A DNA stretch of 64,000 nt from Flavobacteriales bacterium (lineage in GTDB: Bacteria > Bacteroidota > Bacteroidia > Flavobacteriales_D > JAUILH01), in the NCBI GenBank assembly GCA_964230025.1, contig CAXRFO010000013.1, forward strand, positions 38,304 through 102,303, written 5' to 3'. A program made the translations under genes and the position numbers. Below are positions 1-9,464 of this stretch, piece by piece (positions within the stretch are counted from its first letter, which is position 1; every line of letters starts with the position of its first letter). Below the pieces are notes generated by a model. It was not told where the DNA came from and made no database searches. It saw only the letters and a program-made list of their open reading frames with translations.

Positions 1-474
1 ATTATATGCGCAATGCTCTTTGGAGGCGTCATGGAGGCTTGTGGCTTCCTTCATAGATTAACAGAGGCTATTATGAGCGTTAGCCGCTCGAGAGGAGGCT
101 TAATAGCATCAACAAGTGGAACATGTATTGTGTTGAATGGAACCGCATCTGATCAATATATGGCTATAGTAGTTCCAGGTAAAATGTTCAAGGAAATATA
201 TCAGCAAAAGGGGCTTGCTCCTGAAAACCTATCACGAACCTTAGAAGATTCAGGGACAGTAACATCCGTTTTAGTCCCTTGGAATACATGTGGAGCTGCT
301 CAATCTAGCGTACTTGGAGTGGCAACAGGTGAATATTTTATGTTTTGCTTCTTTAATTGGTTAAGTCCTATAACTACGATAATTTACGGTTATTTGGGGA
401 TAAAAGTTAATAAACTTGAGACCAAAGAAGAAAACGGAATGCTTGTTGCAAATAGTGTTGATGATATTGATTAA
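1..474 (+). CDS. nhaC: Na+/H+ antiporter, NhaC family, C-terminal part (5' end lies outside the window)
   Basis: Frame 1 is open from base 1 (IICAMLFGG...); ORF track 13..474. Membrane-protein composition plus NhaC-like motifs DQYMAIVVPGKMF, NLSRTLEDSGTVTS, VPWNTCGA. Confidence 0.7.
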   Translation: MICAMLFGGVMEACGFLHRLTEAIMSVSRSRGGLIASTSGTCIVLNGTASDQYMAIVVPGKMFKEIYQQKGLAPENLSRTLEDSGTVTSVLVPWNTCGAAQSSVLGVATGEYFMFCFFNWLSPITTIIYGYLGIKVNKLETKEENGMLVANSVDDID

Positions 475-523
475 GATTCTTTGAAAATTCTTAGTCTTTC
501 ACTAATTTTATAAAAAATATGCT

Positions 524-1270
524 ATGAAAAATATTACTCTACTAGCTTGCACCTTACTTCTTGGAATTAGCTCCTACGGACAAATTCAGAACGATATTGA
601 TGCGGTTGTAAAACACAAGGTACTAGACGAATCTATAGTGGATAGTGTTTTCGGTATAACCCTTTATGAACCGCTAAATATGGTATTAAGCGGGGACTCT
701 GTAAGAGAAAATGGGGGTTATGCTTGTAAAGGTTGGATAACCGACAACTATGATGATGGTAAACTACTGCATAAGGGCTTTTATATTGATGGACAATTAA
801 AAGCTTACAAGAATTATTACCCTAACGGAAATATGGAAAGAGATTTTAGATCTATTGATAATTTCAATAGTATGCTAAAATTATACTACCCAAATGGTGA
901 GCTAAAGTCCAGTGTTAGATATGTAAATGGCCTACCACAATTATGGATTGATTATTATGATGATGGTACTATGAAGTATTATGAAGAACATCACAGAAGC
1001 ATGGAATATCAAATCGCAAAGAAATTCTATTATGACAATGGAAATCCGCAGGATATTCTTGAGCTTGACAACAAAAAGAAAATGCTTTACAACAAAGATG
1101 AATTCTTCCGAAATGGAAACGAACAAGTAGATGGTACCATGCATTATGATAGAGATGTTGCTACTTTTTATCGCACAGGAACTTGGAAATACTACAACGA
1201 AAGTGGTGATTTAAAGAAAGAGATCAAGTACTCTGACGGTAAAGTACTAGAAGAAAAAAAATACGACTAG
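524..1270 (+). CDS. secreted MORN-variant repeat protein (YwqK-like repeat family)
   Basis: Signal peptide MKNITLLACTLLLGISSYGQ. Reiterated YYPNGN.., YYPNGEL.., YYDDGT, YYDNGN, WKYYNESGDLKKEIKY repeats typical of MORN-variant proteins. Confidence 0.6.
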   Translation: MKNITLLACTLLLGISSYGQIQNDIDAVVKHKVLDESIVDSVFGITLYEPLNMVLSGDSVRENGGYACKGWITDNYDDGKLLHKGFYIDGQLKAYKNYYPNGNMERDFRSIDNFNSMLKLYYPNGELKSSVRYVNGLPQLWIDYYDDGTMKYYEEHHRSMEYQIAKKFYYDNGNPQDILELDNKKKMLYNKDEFFRNGNEQVDGTMHYDRDVATFYRTGTWKYYNESGDLKKEIKYSDGKVLEEKKYD

Positions 1271-1344
1271 TTTTTCAGAACTAACGGTTCACAACTCTCC
1301 GCTACTTGACTTTTACAGAGCTGAATTACATTTAATTTAGCATT

Positions 1345-1626
1345 GTGAAAAAGATAAACTTCATCAAGAATAAATACGTCATTACTGCTTTGGCCTTTGT
1401 TGTGTATTTGTCTTTTTTTGAAAATATCAACCTCATTTCTTTGGTAGGACTTAAGAAAAAACATTCTGAACTTCAAGTCAACATTCAAAAAAAGGAAAGA
1501 GAAATTGAGGATTATAGACAGAAATCCGAGAGCCTTACGAACTTTGAAATGAAGGAGAAAGTCGCTCGAGAAAAGTATAAATTCTGTAAAGAAGATGAGG
1601 TAGTTTTTGAGTTTAGTAATCGCTAA
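1345..1626 (+). CDS. FtsB/DivIC-type septum formation initiator family protein
   Basis: 93 aa with one N-terminal TM helix (VITALAFVVYLSFF), then a coiled coil and a C-terminal EKVAREKYKFCKEDEVVF motif typical of the family. GTG start. Confidence 0.6.
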   Translation: MKKINFIKNKYVITALAFVVYLSFFENINLISLVGLKKKHSELQVNIQKKEREIEDYRQKSESLTNFEMKEKVAREKYKFCKEDEVVFEFSNR

Positions 1627-1677
1627 TCCACTCATCTTACACCCAATTAACTATATTTGTTCAAAGCAAAAAAAGCT

Positions 1678-2928
1678 ATGCTAAATTTTTCTGAATTTTC
1701 GTCTACCTCATTCGATGAATGGATTGAAAAAATAAAAACTGACCTTAAAGGGAAAGAGCTAAAATCCTTAAAAAAAGATAGTTTAGAAGGTGTAAGGCAA
1801 ATGCCTTTTTCTGCGCCTCTTCCAGACATACCTGGTAACGATGAAGCCTTGGATATGCACCCCAAAAACACATGGGATTGTATCGAGATCATTGCTGATA
1901 AAGAAAGTAATGCTGCAAACAAGCATGCCCTTCATGCCCTTATGAATGGAGCCGACGGCCTTCATTTTGTTTTTCAAGAGAACTGGGACTGGGAAGAAGT
2001 GAGTAAAGGAATAAATTTTGAATATATATCCGTATATCTTGATCTATCTATGTGTGATCCTGACCTAAATGAGGAAATCTTTAAAGTTTGTCCAAGCCTA
2101 AACTGGATATCGTCTACTTCAAAAAGTCTAGGAAAAACATGTACAAATAACATAGTTAAAGCGGTAAACGAAGGAGCGATGGTGGATACAGAATTGGCCG
2201 TTGCACTAAATGAACTTAAAAGTCTTATCGAAAAAGACTTAGCTGCTGATCTTAATGAGGATGAAGCTTCTGCTAAAGTGTTTGCACTTATGGCGACAAA
2301 TTCAAACCACCTAATTGAGGTGGCTAAAATTCGTGCGATAAAATATATGTACGCATTTATGTTGGAGAAAATGGGAGTTAAACACGATTGTAGTAAATTT
2401 CTGCACGTATATTCTATTCCTCAAGCGGCAAATAAATTCTCAAAGGATGTTGAGAACAATCTACTGAGAATGAGTTCAGAGTTAATGAGCACCCTTTTAG
2501 GAGGCAGTGATGCAATTGGTATCCTCCCCTACAACTTGAGCAAAGAGGAAGCTTCCATGCTATCTTATGATATCAGCAGAAATGTTTCAAACTTGCTAAG
2601 GGAAGAATCATACTTAGATAAGTGTGCAGACCCAACCAAAGGATCTTATTACTTTGAAGAATTAAGCGCTAAAATTATATCTAAATCTTGGTCCAAATTT
2701 CAAAGTATAGAAGCCTGCTTATCTAATACAGAAAAAAATGAGCTTATTGCCAAATGGCTTCAAAAGGATGCCAAGCAACGGAAAGTAAATTTTGAAAGCC
2801 AAAGTAAAAAGTTCATTGGTGCCAATATCTTTCCGTCCGATGAAAGCGAAACAAATTTTGAAGCCCATAACTACGGCTATTTAAGTGAAAGAAGTATTTA
2901 TGCCCTAAATGAATTGAACCATGGCTAA
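1678..2928 (+). CDS. mutA: methylmalonyl-CoA mutase small (beta) subunit
   Basis: ORF track 1657..2928. Its end overlaps the start of the catalytic subunit gene by 8 nt. N-terminus FSEF..S..EW..KI..DLKG is typical. I prefer ATG 1678 because the TTG at 1657 lies inside a TATATTTG -7 box (1652-1659). Confidence 0.7.
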   Translation: MLNFSEFSSTSFDEWIEKIKTDLKGKELKSLKKDSLEGVRQMPFSAPLPDIPGNDEALDMHPKNTWDCIEIIADKESNAANKHALHALMNGADGLHFVFQENWDWEEVSKGINFEYISVYLDLSMCDPDLNEEIFKVCPSLNWISSTSKSLGKTCTNNIVKAVNEGAMVDTELAVALNELKSLIEKDLAADLNEDEASAKVFALMATNSNHLIEVAKIRAIKYMYAFMLEKMGVKHDCSKFLHVYSIPQAANKFSKDVENNLLRMSSELMSTLLGGSDAIGILPYNLSKEEASMLSYDISRNVSNLLREESYLDKCADPTKGSYYFEELSAKIISKSWSKFQSIEACLSNTEKNELIAKWLQKDAKQRKVNFESQSKKFIGANIFPSDESETNFEAHNYGYLSERSIYALNELNHG

Positions 2929-5065
2929 ACACAATTTTTCAAAAGTTGAAATTGATTTTCCTTCAACCCCAGATAAAAGTAAATCAAAGAAAAGTATTTG
3001 GGAAAGTCCTGAAGGAATTGAAATAAAATCATCCTATCATAAAAGTGATTTAAGCGACTCGGAGCTACTAAGATTTCAAGCAGGTCTTCCACCATATCTG
3101 AGGGGACCATACAGCAGTATGTATGCAACACGTCCGTGGACCATTCGTCAGTATGCTGGCTTCTCAACTGCAGAAGAATCAAATGCTTTTTACAGAAGGA
3201 ATTTGGAAGCTGGACAAAAAGGTTTATCCGTTGCGTTCGATTTAGCTACTCACCGTGGCTACGATTCAGATCATCCAAGGGTAAAAGGGGATGTAGGAAA
3301 AGCTGGTGTAGCGATCGACTCTATCTTAGATATGAAGGTTCTTTTTAATGAGATACCTCTGGATAAAATGAGCGTGTCAATGACCATGAACGGAGCAGTG
3401 ATACCCATTATGGCCTTTTATATTGTTGCCGCGGAAGAACAAGGTGTCGATAAATCAAAGTTAAGCGGAACCATTCAGAACGATATTTTGAAGGAGTTTA
3501 TGGTAAGAAACACTTATATCTATCCTCCTTCACCATCCATGAGAATTATTGCTGACATTTTTAAATATACCAGTCAGCATATGCCAAAATTCAACAGCAT
3601 TTCCATTTCTGGCTACCACATGCAAGAAGCAGGAGCTACTGCTGATATCGAGCTTGCATATACGCTTGCCGATGGTTTAGAATACTTAAAAACGGGAATT
3701 GCTGCTGGATTAAAAATAGATGACTTTGCCCCTCGCCTATCCTTCTTTTGGGCAATAGGAATGAACTATTATACGGAAGTAGCAAAAATGAGAGCGGCAC
3801 GTATTCTTTGGGCCAAGCTCGTAAAGCAGTTTAATCCTGAGAATCCAAAATCAATGGCCTTGCGAACACATTGCCAAACAAGTGGGTGGAGTCTTACGGA
3901 GCAAAGTCCGTACAATAATATTTCGCGAACCTGTATTGAAGCTTTTGCTGCTACGATGGGAGGAACTCAATCGCTTCACACCAATGCATTTGATGAGGCC
4001 ATTGCCTTACCGACCGATTTCTCAGCAAAAATTGCACGTAACACTCAAATTTTCATTCAAGAAGAAAGCGGACTTTGTAATGCTATTGACCCCTGGGGAG
4101 GAAGTTATTTTATGGAAAGTCTTACCAATGAAATTGCGGATAAAGCATGGAAACTTATCCAAGAAGTGGAGGAGCTTGGTGGCATGGCAAAAGCAATTGA
4201 ATCTGGAATTCCGAAATTAAGAATAGAGGAAGCTGCTGCTCGAAAACAAGCTAAAATTGATGCTGGAACCGATACTATCGTTGGTGTAAACAAATATCAA
4301 TCAGACGAAGAAACTGAATTTGATATTCTTGAAGTGGATAACGCAAGTGTGCGACAAAAGCAAGTGGAGCGCATCAACAAGATGAAAGCCGAACGAGATG
4401 AAGAAAAAGTTCAGATGAGCTTAAATGCATTACTGGAAGTGGCTAAATCGGGAAATGGAAATTTACTGGAAGCAGCGGTAGAATGTGCAAGAGACAGAGC
4501 TACTTTAGGTGAGATTTCTTCGGTAATGGAGGAAGTTTTTGGTAGATTTAAAGCACAAATTAAATCCGTATCTGGCGTGTATTCTTCCGAATCTAAACAA
4601 GATAAAGACTTTAGTATTTCAAGAGAGAAGGCAAACGAGTTTGCAACTCTGGTTGGCAGGCGTCCAAGAATTATGGTCGCTAAAATGGGACAGGACGGTC
4701 ACGATCGTGGAGCCAAAGTAATTGCAAGTTCTTTCGCAGATATTGGCTTTGACGTGGATATAGGTCCATTATTTCAAACACCCTTAGAAGCTGCAAAACA
4801 GGCCGTTGAAAATGATGTGCATGTACTGGGAGTTTCATCACTTGCGGCAGGTCACAAAACTTTAGTGCCGGATTTAATTGAAGAGCTCAATAAATTAGGT
4901 AGAGAGGATATTTTGGTCATTGCAGGAGGCGTTATCCCAAAACAAGACTACGATTTCCTTTATGAAGCAGGAGTTGTTGGAGTTTTCGGACCAGGTACAA
5001 AGATTTCAAAGGCAGCGATAGAGATTTTAGACATTTTACTAGAAGGCTACGGTGGGAAAGCGTAA
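2921..5065 (+). CDS. mutB: methylmalonyl-CoA mutase large (alpha) subunit, B12-dependent
   Basis: 714 aa. Contains [35 protein letters not shown], a TIM-barrel region, and a C-terminal B12-binding domain with [11 protein letters not shown] (DxHxxG). Confidence 0.95.
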   Translation: MAKHNFSKVEIDFPSTPDKSKSKKSIWESPEGIEIKSSYHKSDLSDSELLRFQAGLPPYLRGPYSSMYATRPWTIRQYAGFSTAEESNAFYRRNLEAGQKGLSVAFDLATHRGYDSDHPRVKGDVGKAGVAIDSILDMKVLFNEIPLDKMSVSMTMNGAVIPIMAFYIVAAEEQGVDKSKLSGTIQNDILKEFMVRNTYIYPPSPSMRIIADIFKYTSQHMPKFNSISISGYHMQEAGATADIELAYTLADGLEYLKTGIAAGLKIDDFAPRLSFFWAIGMNYYTEVAKMRAARILWAKLVKQFNPENPKSMALRTHCQTSGWSLTEQSPYNNISRTCIEAFAATMGGTQSLHTNAFDEAIALPTDFSAKIARNTQIFIQEESGLCNAIDPWGGSYFMESLTNEIADKAWKLIQEVEELGGMAKAIESGIPKLRIEEAAARKQAKIDAGTDTIVGVNKYQSDEETEFDILEVDNASVRQKQVERINKMKAERDEEKVQMSLNALLEVAKSGNGNLLEAAVECARDRATLGEISSVMEEVFGRFKAQIKSVSGVYSSESKQDKDFSISREKANEFATLVGRRPRIMVAKMGQDGHDRGAKVIASSFADIGFDVDIGPLFQTPLEAAKQAVENDVHVLGVSSLAAGHKTLVPDLIEELNKLGREDILVIAGGVIPKQDYDFLYEAGVVGVFGPGTKISKAAIEILDILLEGYGGKA

Positions 5066-6098
5066 AAAGAATATACATTTAAGAACAGCTCCGGGAAACC
5101 TACAATATGTGGGAGAACTTAAAGAGCATAATGTTAATCTTCAGGGCTACGTTTATTCTCAACAAGAAATAAAAAAGCTCAAGTTAGAAGAGGTTTTTAC
5201 CTATGAGCCAAATGAGAATGATGTTATTTGGATAAATTTAGATGGTATCCATAACACTAATTTAATTGCACGTTTAGCCGAAAAGTTCAAGCTTAGTTCA
5301 CTGGTTCTAGAGGACATTGTAAACACTGGACAACGGCCTAAAATTGAAATTGAAGACGACCACTTAATGGTGAACGCAAAAGCGTTCTATCAAAAAAAGA
5401 AAGTTGTAGTTGAAGAACACCAAAGCTTTGTACTAAAATCCAACGTTGTAATAACATTTCAAGAATTTCCAGAAGATATTTTTGATTCTATTCGCACACG
5501 TCTTCAAGATCCAGAATCAAGGTTACGAAAACGAAACGCGGATTATTTATTGTTCGCATTGCTAGATATGACCGTTGATTCCTACATTGATGTTATTCAA
5601 AACCTTGAGGATGAAATTGAGGATTTGGATTTAATGATTACCAAATCAACAGATGAAAAGATTCTCAACAGCATCAATAAAAAAAGGAGAAAGGTTCTTA
5701 AAATCCGCAAGGCAATCATCCCTTTCAAAGATGTAACAAGTGCGCTTGTAAATCCGGAGCTTAATATCATTGAAAGTAAAAACGTTCCTTTCTTCAGAGA
5801 TTTACACGATCATACTTTATCAGCCTTTGAAAATGCAGAAAATTTGAAGGAACTTTCACTTGTAGTAAAAGATGCCTTCTTGAACAAAGTATCTTATGAA
5901 ACCAATAAGGTGGTGCAGAAACTTACCATTATCAGCACCATCTTTATCCCTATTACCTTTCTTGCAGGTATCTACGGTATGAATTTCGAATTTATGCCCG
6001 AATTAAAAATGAAGTACGCTTACTTCATTTTCCTTGCTATCATTGTTACTTTATCGCTTTTTTTACTTTATTACTTTAAAAAGAAGAAGTGGTTTTAA
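5052..6098 (+). CDS. corA: magnesium/cobalt transporter CorA
   Basis: 348 aa with two C-terminal TM helices and the signature YGMNF ([13 protein letters not shown]). GTG start overlaps the mutB end by 14 nt. Confidence 0.9.
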   Translation: MGKRKKNIHLRTAPGNLQYVGELKEHNVNLQGYVYSQQEIKKLKLEEVFTYEPNENDVIWINLDGIHNTNLIARLAEKFKLSSLVLEDIVNTGQRPKIEIEDDHLMVNAKAFYQKKKVVVEEHQSFVLKSNVVITFQEFPEDIFDSIRTRLQDPESRLRKRNADYLLFALLDMTVDSYIDVIQNLEDEIEDLDLMITKSTDEKILNSINKKRRKVLKIRKAIIPFKDVTSALVNPELNIIESKNVPFFRDLHDHTLSAFENAENLKELSLVVKDAFLNKVSYETNKVVQKLTIISTIFIPITFLAGIYGMNFEFMPELKMKYAYFIFLAIIVTLSLFLLYYFKKKKWF

Positions 6099-6580
6099 TG
6101 GCAATTTGGAAAAAATTATTTGGTGGAGAGGAAGAAAAAGAAAGAGTTCAAAAAACTCTTCCAATGAAACCGCTGAACTATCCATCCAAGATTATTCTTG
6201 CTTGGGCTGAGGCGGTATCTGGTAATGCTGAGGTTCGCGACTGGCTCACTAAAAATGGTTATGAAGAGTTAGGGATTTTTGTTTTTGCTCTGAATAATAA
6301 AGATGACGCACGAGATTGGTTAATGAAAAACGGATACCCGCATCTCATGGCTATGATAAACGGTGGAGAAGGAAACAGTAACGCCGTACGTTGGTTGTTT
6401 AACAACAAGCTAGATGTTTTGGCTTATATGGCTTTGGGGATTGATGGATACCAAAAAGGATATGATTGGCTCATAAAAAATGGTCACAAAGATTTTGCTT
6501 TCCTTACCAAACAAATGCAAATTGTAAAGGACCTCATCCACGAGGACAACGGTGACATTCATAAAAGAAGCGCTGACTAA
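6098..6580 (+). CDS. hypothetical protein with four (R/Y)DWL.KNG(Y/H) repeats
   Basis: ORF track 6089..6580. ATG 6098 forms a TAATG stop/start overlap with corA. Repeats: RDWLTKNGYEEL, RDWLMKNGYPHL, VRWLFNNKLDVL, YDWLIKNGHKDF. Confidence 0.5.
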   Translation: MAIWKKLFGGEEEKERVQKTLPMKPLNYPSKIILAWAEAVSGNAEVRDWLTKNGYEELGIFVFALNNKDDARDWLMKNGYPHLMAMINGGEGNSNAVRWLFNNKLDVLAYMALGIDGYQKGYDWLIKNGHKDFAFLTKQMQIVKDLIHEDNGDIHKRSAD

Positions 6581-6614
6581 TGAACGCTCGGATAACTAAA
6601 TTGTAATACGCCAT

Positions 6615-6998
6615 ATGATACTACAAAGCATTTTGATAAGCTTCATGTTCCTAACACAAGTCAATTGTGAGTTTAGTATATCTGATCGAGTTTCGATAAA
6701 TGAGCACGAATCAATCGATCTAGAGATTTGTGATTTTCACTCAAACTTTGACTTTTCATTGTACAACCGCTGGGGGCAAATTATCTATTCGACAACAGTC
6801 CATACATACGAAATCAACATTTGGGAGGAGAATTCAAATGAAACAAAAAAGGAAAAGAAAATCCGTGAAAAGGAGATAAAAAAAAGAGCACGTATTGATC
6901 CCAACAATCTTTCAACCGGAACCTATGTGTTTAAATTAAGCTATAATAATTCTAAGGCTGAGCGTATTTCAAAAAGTGGACAGATTTATTTTCAATAA
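6615..6998 (+). CDS. small secreted protein resembling a stand-alone T9SS type-B (CHU_C/gliding-motility) C-terminal domain
   Basis: Signal-like N-terminus MILQSILISFMFLTQVNC. FSLYNRWGQIIYS, GTYVFKLSY and KSGQIYFQ match the NRWG / GTY.. / G.i.l pattern of type-B sorting domains. A Lys/Glu-rich insert interrupts the domain. Confidence 0.4.
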   Translation: MILQSILISFMFLTQVNCEFSISDRVSINEHESIDLEICDFHSNFDFSLYNRWGQIIYSTTVHTYEINIWEENSNETKKEKKIREKEIKKRARIDPNNLSTGTYVFKLSYNNSKAERISKSGQIYFQ

Positions 6999-7002
6999 CG
7001 GT

Positions 7003-7926
7003 CTACATCCATTTTGAAACACCAAATTTTTCATCCTCTTCATGATTTCCTATAGGTTCTACATGAAGCATAATATCATAAACGGACGGTATTGAATTTT
7101 TAATTTCTTCCTCCACTTTTACGCCAATTTGATGTGATTCATTGACGGTGAGATTTCCATCCACTTCAATATCAATATCAATCATTAATCGCTCTGCTAC
7201 TCTCCTTATTCTAATTCGATGAGGGTTTTCTACGCCTTTTACCTTTTCTGCAGCTTTAATAACTTGCTGGTACAAATCCTCGTCTGGTACACGGTCTATT
7301 AACTCATAACTCGTTTTCAGGAAAAGATGAAAAGCATTGTATATTATCCAAGAAGCTACAAATAAGCTCAAGTAGGCATCCAACCTAGGAATGATATAAA
7401 AGTTTTGTATTCCTAAACCAATGGCTATTGGAATTAACGCAACTATATCTGATTGCATATTTAATATACTAGCCTTAATAAGGGTCGAATTCAAGGTCCT
7501 GTTTTTCCTTTTTTGCCACTGATTGAATAGAATCTTAACCACTGCAGATATTAAGGCTATTAAAAATACTGCATCAATTTGAGGTGCCGTGTATACCACA
7601 CTGCTAAGTGAACTTATACTTTGAATAATAAGCTGAACCCCAACAATTATTATAATAATAGAGAGTATTTTGCTAGCAAGAGTCTCTAATTTATATAAGC
7701 CAAATGGAAACTTTTTATTGGCAGGTGTATCCATCCAACGGGCACAGAGATAGGTCAGGAAATAGCTAAACACATCAAAAAGAGAGTCTAAACCGACGGC
7801 TAATATGACGGTACTGCCAAACCAAACCCCTCCCCCAATCTTAAAAACTGCTAAGAGAATATTAATTACGATTCCCGTAAGAGCTATTTTCTTTATTTCA
7901 CCGTTTCTCCCCATTGAAGGGTGCAA
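7003..7926 (-). CDS. cation diffusion facilitator family metal efflux transporter
   Basis: 307 aa with six hydrophobic helices followed by a cytoplasmic CDF C-terminal domain (HRIRIRRVAERLMIDIDIEV..., IMLHVEP). Confidence 0.8.
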   Translation of the reverse strand: MHPSMGRNGEIKKIALTGIVINILLAVFKIGGGVWFGSTVILAVGLDSLFDVFSYFLTYLCARWMDTPANKKFPFGLYKLETLASKILSIIIIIVGVQLIIQSISSLSSVVYTAPQIDAVFLIALISAVVKILFNQWQKRKNRTLNSTLIKASILNMQSDIVALIPIAIGLGIQNFYIIPRLDAYLSLFVASWIIYNAFHLFLKTSYELIDRVPDEDLYQQVIKAAEKVKGVENPHRIRIRRVAERLMIDIDIEVDGNLTVNESHQIGVKVEEEIKNSIPSVYDIMLHVEPIGNHEEDEKFGVSKWM

Positions 7927-8061
7927 AAATAGCTGCTTTATTAAGATAATTGAATCCCACTAAAAAGGTATAATTCTCTTTTGAACAAAATAAAATGGAA
8001 AAATGAGGTCATTTTTTTACATTTGCAGCTTGAAAAGGGTGGCTTATTAAAAATTTCTCCG

Positions 8062-8069
8062 TAAGTTTG
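8062..8069 (+). promoter_or_regulatory. Bacteroidota-type -7 promoter box TAAGTTTG upstream of rplS
   Basis: Exact TAnnTTTG match 38 nt upstream of the rplS ATG, followed by CACCCC as at the rpmG promoter. Confidence 0.5.
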
Positions 8070-8106
8070 CACCCCGAATTTTCGGAGAGTATAAAGATTT
8101 TACGTC

Positions 8107-8469
8107 ATGGATGTAGTTAAAGAATTATCGAAAGAATTAGTTGAAACCAAAGACTGGGCTGATTTCACCGCAGGTGATACAGTAACAGTTGAATATAGAA
8201 TCGTTGAAGGCGCAAAAGAACGTTTACAAAAGTTCCAAGGTGTGGTTATCCAAAGAAAAGGATCGGGTAACACTGAAACCTTCACAGTAAGAAAAATGTC
8301 AAGTGGTGTTGGTGTTGAGCGTATCTTCCCGGTAAACTCTCCATTTATCAATAGCCTTGAGGTAACTAAGAAAGGTTCTGTAAGAAGAGCAAGAATTTTC
8401 TACCTTAGAGAAAGAACAGGTAAAGCAGCTCGTATTAAGGAAAAGAAATTTTACGGAGACGCAAAATAG
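8107..8469 (+). CDS. rplS: 50S ribosomal protein L19
   Basis: 120 aa with FTAGDTV.V.Y.I.EG.KER.Q.F.GVVI.R.G....TFTVRK.S.GVGVER.FP..SP, unmistakable for L19. Confidence 0.97.
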   Translation: MDVVKELSKELVETKDWADFTAGDTVTVEYRIVEGAKERLQKFQGVVIQRKGSGNTETFTVRKMSSGVGVERIFPVNSPFINSLEVTKKGSVRRARIFYLRERTGKAARIKEKKFYGDAK

Positions 8470-8496
8470 TCGTCCAAAAAATAAACGAACTAAAAA

Positions 8497-8528
8497 ATCC
8501 TGTTGTTTCTACAACAGGATTTTTTTTT
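8497..8528 (+). terminator. rho-independent terminator of rplS
   Basis: 9-bp stem ATCCTGTTG / CAACAGGAT, loop TTTCTA, then T8. Confidence 0.85.
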
Positions 8529-8544
8529 ACCTAAACTTCTACCA

Positions 8545-8994
8545 ATGAAACTAGAAAAAACCCTTTACACCGCTGAACTTAAAAATATATGCAAGGAAAT
8601 TTTCCTTTCAAACTGTCCTACGTACTTTGCTGAATTCGAGCTTAAAGAGTTTACAGAATGGTTGGATAAAAAAGACAGAGCAGCCTATTACATTTATATA
8701 TTAAATAGTGAGGTTGTAGCATGCTCCGGTATTTACGTTGCTCACCATGAGAAAGAGGCAGGCATGGCTTGGGGGATGGTTCTTAATGAAAAACATGGGA
8801 GCGGAATAGGAACTGAAATGACTAAACTGAGAATTCTAGAAATTCAAAAAATATATCCTACCTACGCAATCCGTTTAAAAACCAGCCAGCATACATTTGA
8901 GTTCTACGAAAAAATGGGATTCAAGGTGACAAGAATTGATAAAGACGGCTTTGAAAAAGGAATGGATCGTTATTGGATGACTTATAAAGATTAA
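8545..8994 (+). CDS. GNAT family N-acetyltransferase
   Basis: ORF track 8503..8994, but the TTG at 8503 lies inside the rplS terminator stem, so ATG 8545 (MKLEKT) is preferred. Acetyl-CoA motif HGSGIGTEM; YEKMGF near the C-terminus. Confidence 0.7.
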   Translation: MKLEKTLYTAELKNICKEIFLSNCPTYFAEFELKEFTEWLDKKDRAAYYIYILNSEVVACSGIYVAHHEKEAGMAWGMVLNEKHGSGIGTEMTKLRILEIQKIYPTYAIRLKTSQHTFEFYEKMGFKVTRIDKDGFEKGMDRYWMTYKD

Positions 8995-9383
8995 CCCTCA
9001 AGCCAACTTTCAGCCTCTTGCCTAGTTTTAAAGGCTTTACAAGGGTGGCTGTTACGGCGAATTCGTAAATAAAAATTTAGAATAATCTTTTGGGCTAAAT
9101 TTGAGATAACATAGGCTTCTCGCTTAACTGGAACCTCTTGTTCTTGCAGTAATTTACGAGCGGCTGATGTCAAAGTTGCGTATTTACCTGATACAACAAG
9201 TCGATCAAACTTTGTAGTGTCAATATCAGCTGAGTTTTGGGTGTCAATCATTTCCTGAATCTCATCAACATCAATGCTAGCATTGTCATCCATAGAAATA
9301 ATTATGCGCGCTAAGGCCTTATTTATTTCCATTGACCATTGCTTACCACTGACCTGATAATGAATGACTTGCTCCTCTTTCAC
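8991..9383 (-). CDS. hypothetical protein (possibly STAS/SpoIIAA-like fold)
   Basis: 130-aa ORF with no recognisable catalytic motif. Its stop overlaps the GNAT stop in a TTAA palindrome. Confidence 0.35.
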   Translation of the reverse strand: MKEEQVIHYQVSGKQWSMEINKALARIIISMDDNASIDVDEIQEMIDTQNSADIDTTKFDRLVVSGKYATLTSAARKLLQEQEVPVKREAYVISNLAQKIILNFYLRIRRNSHPCKAFKTRQEAESWLEG

Positions 9384-9464
9384 AACATCTAATTTATTAT
9401 TTTTTTTCTTCTTTTACGACAATTACCCTAGCTACATTGCAATTGGATGGATTATTTTTGAGCT

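Noticed and set aside
524-1270. YwqK-like repeat protein as a toxin-antitoxin component
   Set aside because: It has a signal peptide, there is no adjacent toxin gene, and MORN-variant repeat proteins are common exported proteins in Bacteroidota.
1627-1677. Possible cobalamin riboswitch upstream of the methylmalonyl-CoA mutase genes
   Set aside because: The gap is only about 50 nt and has no B12 box (GCCACTG-like) or the required multi-helix structure.
3136-4721. Alternative-frame ORFs inside mutB (3136..3348, 3882..4220, 4105..4293, 4539..4721) and similar ones inside clpC, ppk1, the hbd gene and the PKD gene
   Set aside because: All are fully embedded in long ORFs with unmistakable conserved motifs, and their translations are low-complexity or unrecognisable.
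8503-8544. ORF-track TTG start of the GNAT gene at 8503
   Set aside because: Codons 1-14 lie within the stem-loop and T-tract of the rplS terminator. ATG 8545 downstream gives a normal GNAT N-terminus.
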